A stretch of 64,000 bases of DNA from Oscillospiraceae bacterium (lineage in GTDB: Bacteria > Bacillota > Clostridia > Oscillospirales > CAG-382), in assembly GCA_015063785.1 (NCBI GenBank), contig SVTM01000003.1, positions 7,285 through 71,284 on the forward strand, written 5' to 3'. Shown here in pieces: positions 55,370-64,000 of this stretch (positions are counted from its first letter, which is position 1; every line of letters starts with the position of its first letter). Made by a program: the position numbers and the translations under genes. The notes under the pieces are model-generated. The model ran no database searches. It saw nothing but the letters and a program-made list of their open reading frames with translations, and was not told where the DNA came from.

Positions 55370-56471
55370 CTATGTCCTCCGTAGAATATTTTTTCGTATC
55401 TTTCTCCATCGCCCGTCCGAGGCTTTCGGAAAACTGTCTGAGGGTCGAAACGACCTTTCGGTAATCCATACGCTTGGGACCCAATATTCCGATAACCGAT
55501 TCTCCGGCATCGGTGGGCAGGGTACAGAAAACAAGGCTTGTGTCGGACAAAGCCGAGGCTTCGTCCTCGCTGCCGATGTATACCTTCATGCCCGAGCCCG
55601 CCTCGAGGGGAACAAGTCCGCTTCTGTCACCGTTATCGTCGGTGATGTTTTCGGGGCTGGTGAGAAGCTTTTTGATGTAGCCCTTGCGTTTGTCAAAAAC
55701 ATCCATGATGGACTTCAGCTTTTCCACATCCGAAAATTCGGGGTAGGAAAGCAGGTTCGAAAGTCCGTCGATCTTTATGGTGCCGTCGTTTTCCGCCTTG
55801 GTGCAGTTGAAGACCACGCGGATGATTGGGTTGATGATGGGGGCAAGATATCCTGCCTCTTTTTCCATCTTCATAATGAGAGGCATAGTCACCCGATCGA
55901 TCGAAAGCCCGGTCAGATTTTCGTTGAGTATCTGCTTTATGGTAGCAAGAGCCTGCTCGGTGAGAAAATAATCTGTCTTTATCTGTTCGCTTCTTACTTT
56001 TTTCGTGCCGGTTATCATAACAAGGAGAAAGCTTTCCTCGTCGACATACACGGTGTCAAACCGCGAAACGGTGTTTTCCGCCTGTTCTTTGCTGAACGAA
56101 AGAGTAACGCATCCCGTAAGCTCCGACATCACTTTGCCTGCCTGAGTGATAATTTTGTCAAGCTCAGTCGCCTTGAAGTGAGCAAGCTCGTTTATCACGT
56201 TCAGCTCCTCCATCGTGAGCCTGTAATTTTCCATAAGCTCGTCGACGTAAAGGCGATAGGCGTTGCTGGAGGGCACACGTCCGGCGGAGGTGTGGGGCTT
56301 GTCGAGATAGCCCATTTCTTCGAGCTCGGACATCTCGTTGCGGATGGTGGCAGGAGAAAGAGAAATGTTTCCGTGGCTGGTCAGATATTTCGATCCGACA
56401 GGCTCGCCCGAAGCGATATATGCATCTACCACTGATTTGAGTATCTGCTTTTTGCGGTCGTTCAATACCAT
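55362..56471 (-). CDS. hrcA: heat-inducible transcription repressor HrcA
   Basis: LNDRKKQILKSVVDAYIASGEPVGSKYL is the typical HrcA N-terminus. It is the first gene of the dnaK operon, with CIRCE upstream. ATG 56471 is preferred over GTG 56480. Confidence 0.9.
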   Translation of the reverse strand: MVLNDRKKQILKSVVDAYIASGEPVGSKYLTSHGNISLSPATIRNEMSELEEMGYLDKPHTSAGRVPSSNAYRLYVDELMENYRLTMEELNVINELAHFKATELDKIITQAGKVMSELTGCVTLSFSKEQAENTVSRFDTVYVDEESFLLVMITGTKKVRSEQIKTDYFLTEQALATIKQILNENLTGLSIDRVTMPLIMKMEKEAGYLAPIINPIIRVVFNCTKAENDGTIKIDGLSNLLSYPEFSDVEKLKSIMDVFDKRKGYIKKLLTSPENITDDNGDRSGLVPLEAGSGMKVYIGSEDEASALSDTSLVFCTLPTDAGESVIGILGPKRMDYRKVVSTLRQFSESLGRAMEKDTKKYSTEDIDE

Positions 56472-56499
56472 ATTTTTCACGGCTCTCTTTCTGAAAATT

Positions 56500-56526
56500 T
56501 TAGCACTCTGTCACTTCAAGTGCTAA
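56500..56526 (-). promoter_or_regulatory. CIRCE operator (HrcA binding site)
   Basis: TTAGCACTC-N9-AAGTGCTAA compared with consensus TTAGCACTC-N9-GAGTGCTAA (one mismatch). Confidence 0.9.
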
Positions 56527-56533
56527 CATGATA

Positions 56534-56562
56534 AATTTACCACTAATTTTGTGTTTTGTCAA
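56534..56562 (-). promoter_or_regulatory. sigma-70-like promoter of the hrcA-grpE-dnaK-dnaJ operon
   Basis: Minus strand: TTGACA (56562-56557), 17-nt spacer, TAAATT (56539-56534), immediately upstream of CIRCE. Confidence 0.55.
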
Positions 56563-56655
56563 TAGAAATGCGTGTTAATATTTTGTGAATTCATTGTGCA
56601 CGCCCGTTAAAGCTCATTTCTAACGGGTTAGAAATAAAAAAATTACAAAAAACTA

Positions 56656-56684
56656 TTGCATCCTGTCAAAAACGGGTATATAAT
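56656..56684 (+). promoter_or_regulatory. sigma-70-like promoter of the THF riboswitch/folT unit
   Basis: TTGCAT (56656-56661), 17-nt spacer, TATAAT (56679-56684). Confidence 0.6.
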
Positions 56685-56691
56685 AAAGACA

Positions 56692-56788
56692 GACAGAGTA
56701 GGTCGCCGTGCGTGAAGTGCCGGGGGAACGGGGAGTTGTCCTTCGGACGAAAAGAATTCTTGCGGTACGGTTTCCGCATCCCGCTGTC
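56692..56788 (+). promoter_or_regulatory. THF (tetrahydrofolate, folT-motif) riboswitch
   Basis: GACAGAGTAG...GCGTGAAGTG...GAACGGGGAGTTGTC...ACGAA...CCGCATCCCGCTGTC. It shares the conserved blocks AGAGUAG, GCGU-AAGUG, GAA-GGGA-GU-GUC, ACGAA and GCAUCC-GCU with the crystallised Eubacterium siraeum THF aptamer. A closing P1 helix GACAG/CTGTC is present, and it lies upstream of a folT-like gene. Confidence 0.8.
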
Positions 56789-56869
56789 GCATAGTCATCT
56801 GAGCCTATATCCACTCTTTTGAAAATGCGGCATTTTCTGTCGCATTTTATTTCAAAGGAGTGTTTTTTC

Positions 56870-57892
56870 ATGTCAAACACAAAAGCTTCCGACAACGTAA
56901 AGAAGCATTTTGGCAGGCTCATCATTTCTGCCATGTTTTTGGGTCTTGCTGTTGTCATCAACACCTTCACCGAAATTGCTATTCCCCTTTTCGGTGCTGA
57001 CGGAATGCAGGTTAAATTCGGCGGAGTTTTCACCGCTTTCCCTGCCTTTCTTTTTGGTCCCGTATACGGCGGTCTTGTATGTGCCGCGTCGGATATCATC
57101 GGCGCATTCATCAAGCCAACAGGGGCGTATGTTCCGTGGTTTACAATCACGGCGTTCATTGCAGGATTTCTTAAGGGTCTCGTTTTCATGCTCGTTAAGA
57201 ACAAAAACGTAAAATGGCTCAAAGCCGCCATTGCCGTCATGGTTGTGCTTACGGCGTTTATCGGAATTTTCAGTTTTGCATCCATCAAGAATGACAAAAT
57301 ATATGACGGAGCCTTTGCCTCGTCCGAAAACGTTCTTTCGCCTCAGGAAATACTCGACAACCGCGAAAACTATTCTCTCCCCACCCGCATTGCCGTAGAA
57401 TATGCCTTCAGCAACGCAGAAAGACAGCTGCCTGCCATCAAGGACGGCGAAACAGAGGCAGAATATGCCGAAAGACTTCTGAAATACGAAACTCTCGACA
57501 ACGGCGGCGAAGAAATGCATATTCTAAAAAGCAAATTCGCTCCTGCCCTTGCCTCGACGATAAACATCATCGCTCCCACCATGATCACCTTTGCAGTGCT
57601 GGGTTGCATTCTTCTCGTTTTCATGATGCTTGTCGAAAAGAAATATCAGCTCGGCGGCTTTGCGCCAAAGATCTTCCTTTCGGTGCTTGTGGCAGAGCTG
57701 GTGCAAACCTCCATCAACAGCGCGCTTCTCATCAATCTTTACACCGGATCTTATCAGAATTTCTCGTACGCCCTTTTCAACACGCCGCGAGTGCTCGAGG
57801 GCATACTCATGAGCATGATCCTTTCATATTTTATATATGTACTCTATCAGGTGTACGATTCGAAGATCAAAGGAAAACTCAAAATAATATAA
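56870..57892 (+). CDS. folT: folate-family ECF transporter S component (FolT-like) with a large internal insertion
   Basis: The N-terminal half (FGGVFTAFPAFLFGPVYGGLVCAASDIIGAFIKP) fits the FolT/ECF S-component pattern. Start set at ATG 56870 (AAGGAG RBS). At 340 aa it is about twice the usual length. Confidence 0.7.
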   Translation: MSNTKASDNVKKHFGRLIISAMFLGLAVVINTFTEIAIPLFGADGMQVKFGGVFTAFPAFLFGPVYGGLVCAASDIIGAFIKPTGAYVPWFTITAFIAGFLKGLVFMLVKNKNVKWLKAAIAVMVVLTAFIGIFSFASIKNDKIYDGAFASSENVLSPQEILDNRENYSLPTRIAVEYAFSNAERQLPAIKDGETEAEYAERLLKYETLDNGGEEMHILKSKFAPALASTINIIAPTMITFAVLGCILLVFMMLVEKKYQLGGFAPKIFLSVLVAELVQTSINSALLINLYTGSYQNFSYALFNTPRVLEGILMSMILSYFIYVLYQVYDSKIKGKLKII

Positions 57893-57897
57893 AAAAA

Positions 57898-57930
57898 CGG
57901 GACTGTATTTTTTACAGTCCCATATTTTTT
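57898..57930. terminator. bidirectional intrinsic terminator
   Basis: Stem CGGGACTGTA / TACAGTCCC with a T-rich loop, followed by ATATTTTTT. Confidence 0.75.
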
Positions 57931-57931
57931 G

Positions 57932-58423
57932 TCAGTCTATATCCACCCATTCGTATGCTCTTCGCGGATCTCCGTTGGCAAGATATATTATTCCGCAGTA
58001 TGAAAAATCGTTTTTCAGTATCGCCCTTTGCATGGGAAGATTGTCCTTGTGGGTATCCACACGCAGGTGATTGTAATATGCCCGGGCAAATTCTACACAT
58101 TTTGTAAAAAATCCCCTTGTCGTACCGTCGCTTGCCACCTTGTGAAGTGCGGCATACGGTGCATCCGACATCCATCTGCCGCCGTCTATCACTCCGTAGG
58201 TCGGATCCTCTCCCGGGATCATGGCAAAACAGCCGTATATCCTGCCGTTTTCGTCGTGCGCCACATAAAGATTGCCGTTTTCTATATCGACCGGAAGATC
58301 GCCTATGCCGGGATAGTCGGCGTTCCACTGGTTCATATTGCCGTTTTCACGCATGAAAGCGCGTGCGATGTCGTATATTTCAAGAAGTCTTTTAAGATCG
58401 TCTTTTGTTGCTTTCCTTATCAT
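57932..58423 (-). CDS. GNAT family N-acetyltransferase
   Basis: 163 aa. MIRKATKDDLKRLLEIYD... with the acetyl-CoA binding region pattern (HKVASDGTTRGFFTKCVEFA). Confidence 0.8.
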   Translation of the reverse strand: MIRKATKDDLKRLLEIYDIARAFMRENGNMNQWNADYPGIGDLPVDIENGNLYVAHDENGRIYGCFAMIPGEDPTYGVIDGGRWMSDAPYAALHKVASDGTTRGFFTKCVEFARAYYNHLRVDTHKDNLPMQRAILKNDFSYCGIIYLANGDPRRAYEWVDID

Positions 58424-58650
58424 TTTGCCTCACACAAGCTTGTTTTTTCATTTCACCTATTGTAGCATAAGTAGTGCTGAAAGTCAATATGAAAAAGACA
58501 AAATGCACAAAAAAAAGGTTCTCGTTTTGTACGATGTTACAAAATGAAATAAATTACACAAAAGCACTTCCCAAATCATTTGTTTTTGTGTTAAAATGAT
58601 ATAGAATGCCGTAGTGTTGATAATACAAATCTTGCGGCAATGGAGGTAAT

Positions 58651-61600
58651 ATGAAAAAAAGTAACGGAATCCTTGCCCGTATCATGACACTTATTCTTTG
58701 CGTGCTCATGATCGCATCTGTTGTCCCTGTAACTTACGCCGCATCCCCCGAGGTCACAATGATCGGCGGACAGCGCACCGTATTTGTTGCGGGTTTCGGA
58801 CGCATGAACTATGAGGGCAAAGCATACACGGCTTTCAAAACATTTAACGAAGCTTTTAACGCCCTCGGAAAAGAAGGCGGAACGATCGTCATTTCCGGCA
58901 ATATCAACATGAACGATTTTATCGATATTGAAGGCAGAGCTCCCATATCGATCGTCGGCGTCGGCACAAAGAACACCGCAAACTCCCTTAAGTTTACCGC
59001 CGACAATCCCGTCTGGGATCTCAAGGGTGATCTCATCCTCGATTTTCTTACCATCGAGGCTGCCGAAGGTTTTGTTATCAAAACCAACGGACACTCTCTC
59101 AATTTCACAAAAGGCTACGACACACACTATGTGATTGCTGATTACAGAACCGGCGTCAGAACTTATCTCGCCTCGCCTTATGTGGCTGCAGGCGGTTCTG
59201 CCATAACCATCAATGAGGGTAGGTTCGCCACAGTAAGCGCAGCAGGTACAAACGTCAACTCCGGCACTCTCGTTGTTTTGAATGGCGGCACGATCGATAC
59301 AGTTTACGCCGGCGGCTCGGGAGAAGCAGGCGTTATCAATGGTGATGTCCGCATAAAGATCAATGATGGAACAGTCGAAACAGAAGTTGTTGCAGGTTCA
59401 GAATCGGGCACCATCAACGGCAACGTTTTTGTTGACGTTTCGGGTGGTTCTGTTGCAAGTCTTATTGCAGGAAGCACAGTGCCTGACGCTCCCATAAACG
59501 GAAACGTCGTCGTTTCGGTAAAGAACACCTTTGTCCCCAAAGTCGGATCTCCCAAAAACTATTCGGTAACGGGAAAAATCATCTATATTTCCGACGGCGA
59601 GCTCGGTTTTGCGCAGGATGCGGCATACGACTACTTCATCAAGTGTACTAACGGTATCGTAAAACCCATGTTCGACGGAACAACTCTTCTCGGATTTGGC
59701 GTTTACGACGAAACGGGCTGCCCTGCAGACGAGATCAAGATAAACGGCACATCCACAACTCCTGCAAACGGAATATACACCATTCCCGAAGGAAAATCCG
59801 AGATTGAAGTTCTCTCGGGCGTTGGACTTGCCCTCAACGAATACGCAAAGTACGTTTCGGGTTATGAAGACGGCACTTTCCTTCCCCAGAACAACCTCTC
59901 AAGAGCAGAAGCCATCACAATGCTTGCTCGCCTCGTGATCGACGAAAACGCCATCAAAGGCAAGGTCAAATCCTCCTTTGCAGACGTTCCCGCAGGCGCA
60001 TGGTTCGAATCCTACATCGGCCTTTTTGAAAACCTCGGCTATCTTGACACCATCGCCAAGAACGCAGGCACAACCATCGACCCAAATGCCAAGATCACCC
60101 GCGCGGAGTTTGTTGAGGTTGCAAGAAACATCATCAGACTCATGAACCCCAAAGATTTCGGACAGAAAAAGTTTTCTGATGTTTCGTCCTCCCATCCTTA
60201 TGCAAAATCTGTTGGTGAAATCGGTTATCTCGGCATCATCGGCGGTTATGAAGATGGCACCTTCAAGCCCGACAACAACATCACCCGTGCAGAGGTTGTA
60301 ACCATCATCAACCGTATGCTTTCAAGAAAAACCACAGGCGCCGCAGGCGGCACTGTCTTCTCCGACACTGTCGGTCATTGGGCACAGGATCAGATCCTTA
60401 TGGCGGCGAATCCTGCAAACGTTGACGGTGCAGAGATCTGGAAGATCGACGGCGACGTTACCCGCGGAAACTTCAAGCTTCTTGAAGGCGACGTTACTCT
60501 TGACGAGCAGATCGTACACCTTTACGACGTGGCCCAGAAGGGTGTTGATTTCGATACCATCAGCGGCATCGACAGCGTTTCCGACTGGCAGATAGACAAC
60601 ATTGTCTACAGCGAATCCGACTATTCCACCATCACAGGCACAAAGTATTACATCTCTCCCAACGGCGATGACAAGAACGACGGCAAATCTCCCGAGACTG
60701 CATGGAAATCGCTTTCCAAAACAGCAGATCCTTCTGTTAAAGCAGGTGACGGCGTTCTCTTCGAGCGCGGCGCAGTGTTCAGAGGCAGATTCGTTGCCGT
60801 TCCCGGTGTAACCTATTCGGCATACGGCGAAGGTGAAAAGCCAAGATTCTACGGTTCTCTCAAAAACTATGCAGATCCCGAACTCTGGAAGGCAACAGAA
60901 TACACGAACGTATGGCAGTGTACCGATATGTTCTCGCAGGACGTCGGCGTTATCATCTTCAATTCTGATTACCGCATGGGCAACTACAACGAAATCGCAG
61001 GTATGAAGCATGTTGATTCCACAGCCCGCGAGCCCGCGGCTCTCACTTCCGACCTCCAATTCTTCCACTATTTCGGCAGACTCTACGTTTATTCCAAGAG
61101 CAATCCTGGTGAACGCTTCAACTCGATCGAGATCGGTACAAACGGTTCTCTCGTCAATATCGCCGGCAACAACATCGTTATTGATAACCTCCACTTCAGA
61201 TATCACGGCGGACACGTTATCGGAACAGGTAACAGAAAGAACATAACCTGCAAAAACAGCATCTTCGCATATACAGGTGGCTCGATCCTTTCGGGCGATA
61301 CTCGATACGGTAACGCTTTTGAAAGCTACGGCGGATGCGACGGTTGGTATGCATACAACAACTGGATGTATCAGATCTACGACACAGGTGTTACACACCA
61401 GTACACCCCCACCACAGGCGAGTGCATTCAGAAGAACGTTGAATACATCGGAAACGTCATCGAATACTGCCACTGGGGTATTGAATACTACAACCACGAT
61501 TCGACAGACGGCTCGAGAAGACTGGTCGAAAACGTTCAGATGTACAACAACATCGTCCGTATGACAGCATACGGTTGGGGCAGCCGCGGAAGAGCAGGCG

Positions 61601-61911
61601 GAGCAACAGCCTTCTGCTCGGCAGGCATCACAGAAAACACCTCGAACTTTATTGCACGCCGCAACATCATTGACCGTTCGCAGGGACGTGTTATGATGAT
61701 CGACAGCCCCGGTGACAAATACCTCACTCTCGAACAGAACATCCTCGTTCAGAGAAACGGTGGAACATTGGGCGGATTCCATTCGGGATATCACACTGCC
61801 GACAAGCAGGTTGCAAAGATAATTGCAGAACACACCGTTGAAGAGCTTCCCATCGTCATCCTCAACGATGACGTTGCAGTAGTTGACAATATCAAAGCCC
61901 CCACAAGATAA
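58651..61911 (+). CDS. secreted SLH-anchored beta-helix protein (paralog 3, more divergent)
   Basis: 1086 aa. Signal peptide MKKSNGILARIMTLILCVLMIASVVPVTYA. Conserved head GFGRMNYEGKAYTAFKTFNEAFNALGKEGG, GTINGNV repeats, three SLH segments (~59836-60410), and a C-terminal YYISPNGDDKNDGKSPETAWK...NNWMYQIYDTGVTHQ...AYGWGSRGRAGG module. Confidence 0.9.
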   Translation: MKKSNGILARIMTLILCVLMIASVVPVTYAASPEVTMIGGQRTVFVAGFGRMNYEGKAYTAFKTFNEAFNALGKEGGTIVISGNINMNDFIDIEGRAPISIVGVGTKNTANSLKFTADNPVWDLKGDLILDFLTIEAAEGFVIKTNGHSLNFTKGYDTHYVIADYRTGVRTYLASPYVAAGGSAITINEGRFATVSAAGTNVNSGTLVVLNGGTIDTVYAGGSGEAGVINGDVRIKINDGTVETEVVAGSESGTINGNVFVDVSGGSVASLIAGSTVPDAPINGNVVVSVKNTFVPKVGSPKNYSVTGKIIYISDGELGFAQDAAYDYFIKCTNGIVKPMFDGTTLLGFGVYDETGCPADEIKINGTSTTPANGIYTIPEGKSEIEVLSGVGLALNEYAKYVSGYEDGTFLPQNNLSRAEAITMLARLVIDENAIKGKVKSSFADVPAGAWFESYIGLFENLGYLDTIAKNAGTTIDPNAKITRAEFVEVARNIIRLMNPKDFGQKKFSDVSSSHPYAKSVGEIGYLGIIGGYEDGTFKPDNNITRAEVVTIINRMLSRKTTGAAGGTVFSDTVGHWAQDQILMAANPANVDGAEIWKIDGDVTRGNFKLLEGDVTLDEQIVHLYDVAQKGVDFDTISGIDSVSDWQIDNIVYSESDYSTITGTKYYISPNGDDKNDGKSPETAWKSLSKTADPSVKAGDGVLFERGAVFRGRFVAVPGVTYSAYGEGEKPRFYGSLKNYADPELWKATEYTNVWQCTDMFSQDVGVIIFNSDYRMGNYNEIAGMKHVDSTAREPAALTSDLQFFHYFGRLYVYSKSNPGERFNSIEIGTNGSLVNIAGNNIVIDNLHFRYHGGHVIGTGNRKNITCKNSIFAYTGGSILSGDTRYGNAFESYGGCDGWYAYNNWMYQIYDTGVTHQYTPTTGECIQKNVEYIGNVIEYCHWGIEYYNHDSTDGSRRLVENVQMYNNIVRMTAYGWGSRGRAGGATAFCSAGITENTSNFIARRNIIDRSQGRVMMIDSPGDKYLTLEQNILVQRNGGTLGGFHSGYHTADKQVAKIIAEHTVEELPIVILNDDVAVVDNIKAPTR

Positions 61912-61919
61912 AAAATATC

Positions 61920-61955
61920 GGCGGAGCGGAAAATGTTCCGTCTCCGCCGTTTTTT
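61920..61955 (+). terminator. intrinsic terminator after paralog 3
   Basis: Stem GGCGGAGCGGA / TCCGTCTCCGCC (one bulge) with loop AAATGT, followed by GTTTTTT. It ends ~18 nt before the ATG at 61974, with the RBS in between. Confidence 0.7.
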
Positions 61956-61973
61956 CTGAAAAGGAGAAATAAT

Positions 61974-63416
61974 ATGAAAAGAAAACTCCCTGTCGCAGCC
62001 TGCAAAGCTGTCAATGCCATCGACGACCTTAATGCATGCAACATCACCGAATATGCCGAATACAACCGCGGCATAGACGAGGTTGCCGAACAGATGAAGC
62101 AGGACATCATCTGTTCCGAAAGCGTTTATGACAAAAGCAAGAAAACCTTCTACGTTTCAAACTCGGGCGACGACGCAAACGACGGACTTTCGCCCGAAAC
62201 CGCATGGAAGACCCTTGACAAGATCAACGACGCAAATTCTGTCTGCGAAAACTGCAACATTCTCTTTGAACGCGGCGGTCTTTGGCGCGGAATGATCAAA
62301 GTTCCCTACAGCGGCATCACGTATTCGGCATACGGCGTTGGTATGAAGCCCCGTTTTTACGGTTCGAGAAGAAACTACGCCGATCCTTCCCTTTGGCAGA
62401 AGAGCGAATATGAAAATGTATGGTACACCACCGAATGCACCAAAAATGTAGGCATGATTGCCATCAACCATTCGGACGTTATCGGAAAATACGACGAGAT
62501 CATGTGCTATCGCCATGTCGTGGGGCTTGACGACTACGAAGGCCCCTGGCAGCTGAACAAGGAATTTGATTTCTACGGCCACCTGGACGAAGAAATAACA
62601 TATCTTTACTGCGACAAGGGCAATCCCGGCGATGTTTATGACTCTATCGAGCTGGGCGAATTTTTCACCCTCGTTTCTCCCACAAAAAACGCAACAAGAG
62701 ACCTTGTTTTTGACAACCTTTACATAAAATTTGTCGGTGCACACGGCATCGCAGGTCTTGGCGGAAGAGAAAACGTGACAGTTCAGAACTGCCTGTTCTG
62801 CTATCTCGGCGGTTCTATTCTCGACGGTCATTTGGGCAAGCGCGTTTCGGGCTTTGGTAACGCCGTCGAAGTTTATGGCTCTTGCAACGGATATTATGTA
62901 AACGGCAACTGGATTTATCAGATCTACGACACCGCCATCACCCATCAGTGCTCGTCGGGTCCTCGCGATTGTCACATGAACGACGTTGAATATGTGGGCA
63001 ACCTTTGCGAGCTATGCCACTGGTCAATCGAATACTACAACAATCCCAGTGGAGGCGGACACAGAACCGTTTCCAACGTCAACGTTCACCACAACGTGGT
63101 AAGACGCGGCGGCTACGGCTGGGGAAGCCGCGGAAGAGCCAAGGGAGCTGCTCTCTTCAACAGCTTCACCCTTACCCCGGAAACCACAAACTTTGTTAAC
63201 AACACCAACATATACGACGGTTGCGCCGGCGGTATCATCAGATTTATCGAAGGCGGCGACAGAAAGATAATCAACGTCAACAACACCTATATTCAGAAGC
63301 GCGACGGCTACCTTGGTCAGGCATACGGCGATTGGCACACCTTCGACGATGCACAAAAGAAGATCCTTGAAGTATGCCGCGAGCAAAATGCCAGATTCTT
63401 CTACGAAGGAGAATAA
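61974..63416 (+). CDS. stand-alone beta-helix module protein (paralog 4; no signal peptide, no SLH)
   Basis: 480 aa. FYVSNSGDDANDGLSPETAWKTL, FERGGLWRG, GNWIYQIYDTAITHQ and GGYGWGSRGRAKGA align with the C-terminal module of the SLH proteins. AAGGAG RBS. The N-terminus MKRKLPVAACKAVNAIDDLNA is not hydrophobic. Confidence 0.85.
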   Translation: MKRKLPVAACKAVNAIDDLNACNITEYAEYNRGIDEVAEQMKQDIICSESVYDKSKKTFYVSNSGDDANDGLSPETAWKTLDKINDANSVCENCNILFERGGLWRGMIKVPYSGITYSAYGVGMKPRFYGSRRNYADPSLWQKSEYENVWYTTECTKNVGMIAINHSDVIGKYDEIMCYRHVVGLDDYEGPWQLNKEFDFYGHLDEEITYLYCDKGNPGDVYDSIELGEFFTLVSPTKNATRDLVFDNLYIKFVGAHGIAGLGGRENVTVQNCLFCYLGGSILDGHLGKRVSGFGNAVEVYGSCNGYYVNGNWIYQIYDTAITHQCSSGPRDCHMNDVEYVGNLCELCHWSIEYYNNPSGGGHRTVSNVNVHHNVVRRGGYGWGSRGRAKGAALFNSFTLTPETTNFVNNTNIYDGCAGGIIRFIEGGDRKIINVNNTYIQKRDGYLGQAYGDWHTFDDAQKKILEVCREQNARFFYEGE

Positions 63417-63446
63417 GCAAAAAAGCTTTGTGAAGGAGAAATAATT

Positions 63447-64000
63447 ATGACAAAAAGAAATCTTCCGGTTGCCGCAAAAATGGCTGTTGGCGCCATCGAC
63501 GATCTCAACGCCTGCAATATCGCAACCTACGCAGAATACGAAGAAGGCATTGATGAAGTTGCCGCAAAAATGAAGCGCGACATCACTTTTTCAAAAAGTG
63601 TTTACGATAAAAGCAGAAAAACTTTCTATGTTTCAAACTCGGGTGACGATGCAAACGACGGTCTTTCGCCCGAAACCGCATGGAAAACCCTTGACAAGAT
63701 AAACGACCCTACATCTGTCTGCGAAAACTGCAACATTCTCTTTGAACGCGGCGGCATTTGGCGCGGAATCATCAGAGTTCCATACAGCAACATGGCATAT
63801 TCCGCCTATGGCGTTGGAATGAAGCCCCGTCTTTACGGTTCGCTCAGAAACTACGCCCACCCATCGTGCTGGAAAAAGACCGAGTACGAAAACGTTTGGT
63901 ACACCGACGAATGCACCGCAAACGTCGGACTTGTTGCCATCAATCACTCGGACGTGCTCGGAAAATATGACGAAATCATGTGCTCGCGCAATATCGTCGG
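63447..64000 (+). CDS. stand-alone beta-helix module protein (paralog 5), truncated by the window edge
   Basis: Open frame from ATG 63447 (GAAGGAG RBS) to the end of the window: MTKRNLPVAAKMAVGAIDDLNACNIATYAEYEEGIDEVAAKMKRD...FYVSNSGDDANDGLSPETAWKTLDKIND. It is closely similar to paralog 4. Confidence 0.8.
   Translation, partial: MTKRNLPVAAKMAVGAIDDLNACNIATYAEYEEGIDEVAAKMKRDITFSKSVYDKSRKTFYVSNSGDDANDGLSPETAWKTLDKINDPTSVCENCNILFERGGIWRGIIRVPYSNMAYSAYGVGMKPRLYGSLRNYAHPSCWKKTEYENVWYTDECTANVGLVAINHSDVLGKYDEIMCSRNIV

Noticed and set aside
56653-57297. 214-aa minus-strand ORF
   Set aside because: It runs antisense through the folT promoter, the THF riboswitch and the folT-like coding region. It has no motifs.
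1-64000. Mobile elements, prophage, defence islands, rRNA/tRNA genes
   Set aside because: I recognised no transposase, integrase, phage structural or known defence-system motifs, and no tRNA-like T-loop/acceptor patterns, on either strand. Absence cannot be proven without tRNAscan/Infernal and HMM searches.

Overview
The window is a chromosomal segment from a Gram-positive anaerobe. SLH wall-anchoring domains, a Re-citrate-synthase-type TCA branch, class III RNR, 2-oxoacid:ferredoxin oxidoreductase and a THF riboswitch suggest Clostridia, probably Oscillospiraceae/Ruminococcaceae-like; this is inference only. I support 56 protein-coding genes, one of them cut by the window edge. I recognised no rRNA, tRNA, CRISPR array, transposase or integrase. 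Housekeeping content: carD; an nrdG-nrdD-trxB operon behind tandem NrdR boxes; hrcA-grpE-dnaK-dnaJ behind a CIRCE element; lexA with a candidate SOS box; lgt; a Re-citrate synthase/GntR/aconitase/isocitrate dehydrogenase operon; and a THF riboswitch in front of a folT-like gene. Second-look items: (1) Five paralogs share one ~480-aa right-handed beta-helix-like module. Three are ~1100-aa secreted proteins with a central triple-SLH anchor (1004-4372, 36338-39715, 58651-61911). At least two are tandem copies with no anchor and no signal peptide (61974-63416, 63447->64000). (2) An eight-gene operon (ilvE, P-loop NTPase, four-subunit 2-oxoacid:ferredoxin oxidoreductase, XRE-cupin regulator, acyl-CoA synthetase) follows a consensus promoter, a 38-codon ORF with 10 Ile codons and a hairpin terminator. 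I read this as an Ile-sensing attenuator on a branched-chain fatty acid to amino acid reductive-carboxylation route. (3) NrdD carries a C-terminal CPNC thioredoxin-fold domain and is followed by trxB. (4) Two cytoplasmic sugar-processing clusters have unusual enzyme combinations. (5) A perfect 24-bp palindrome overlaps a consensus promoter of the TCA-branch operon. Many long ORFs in the supplied track are codon-aligned antisense shadows of real genes and are rejected. All family assignments rest on motif recognition by eye; no database search was possible.
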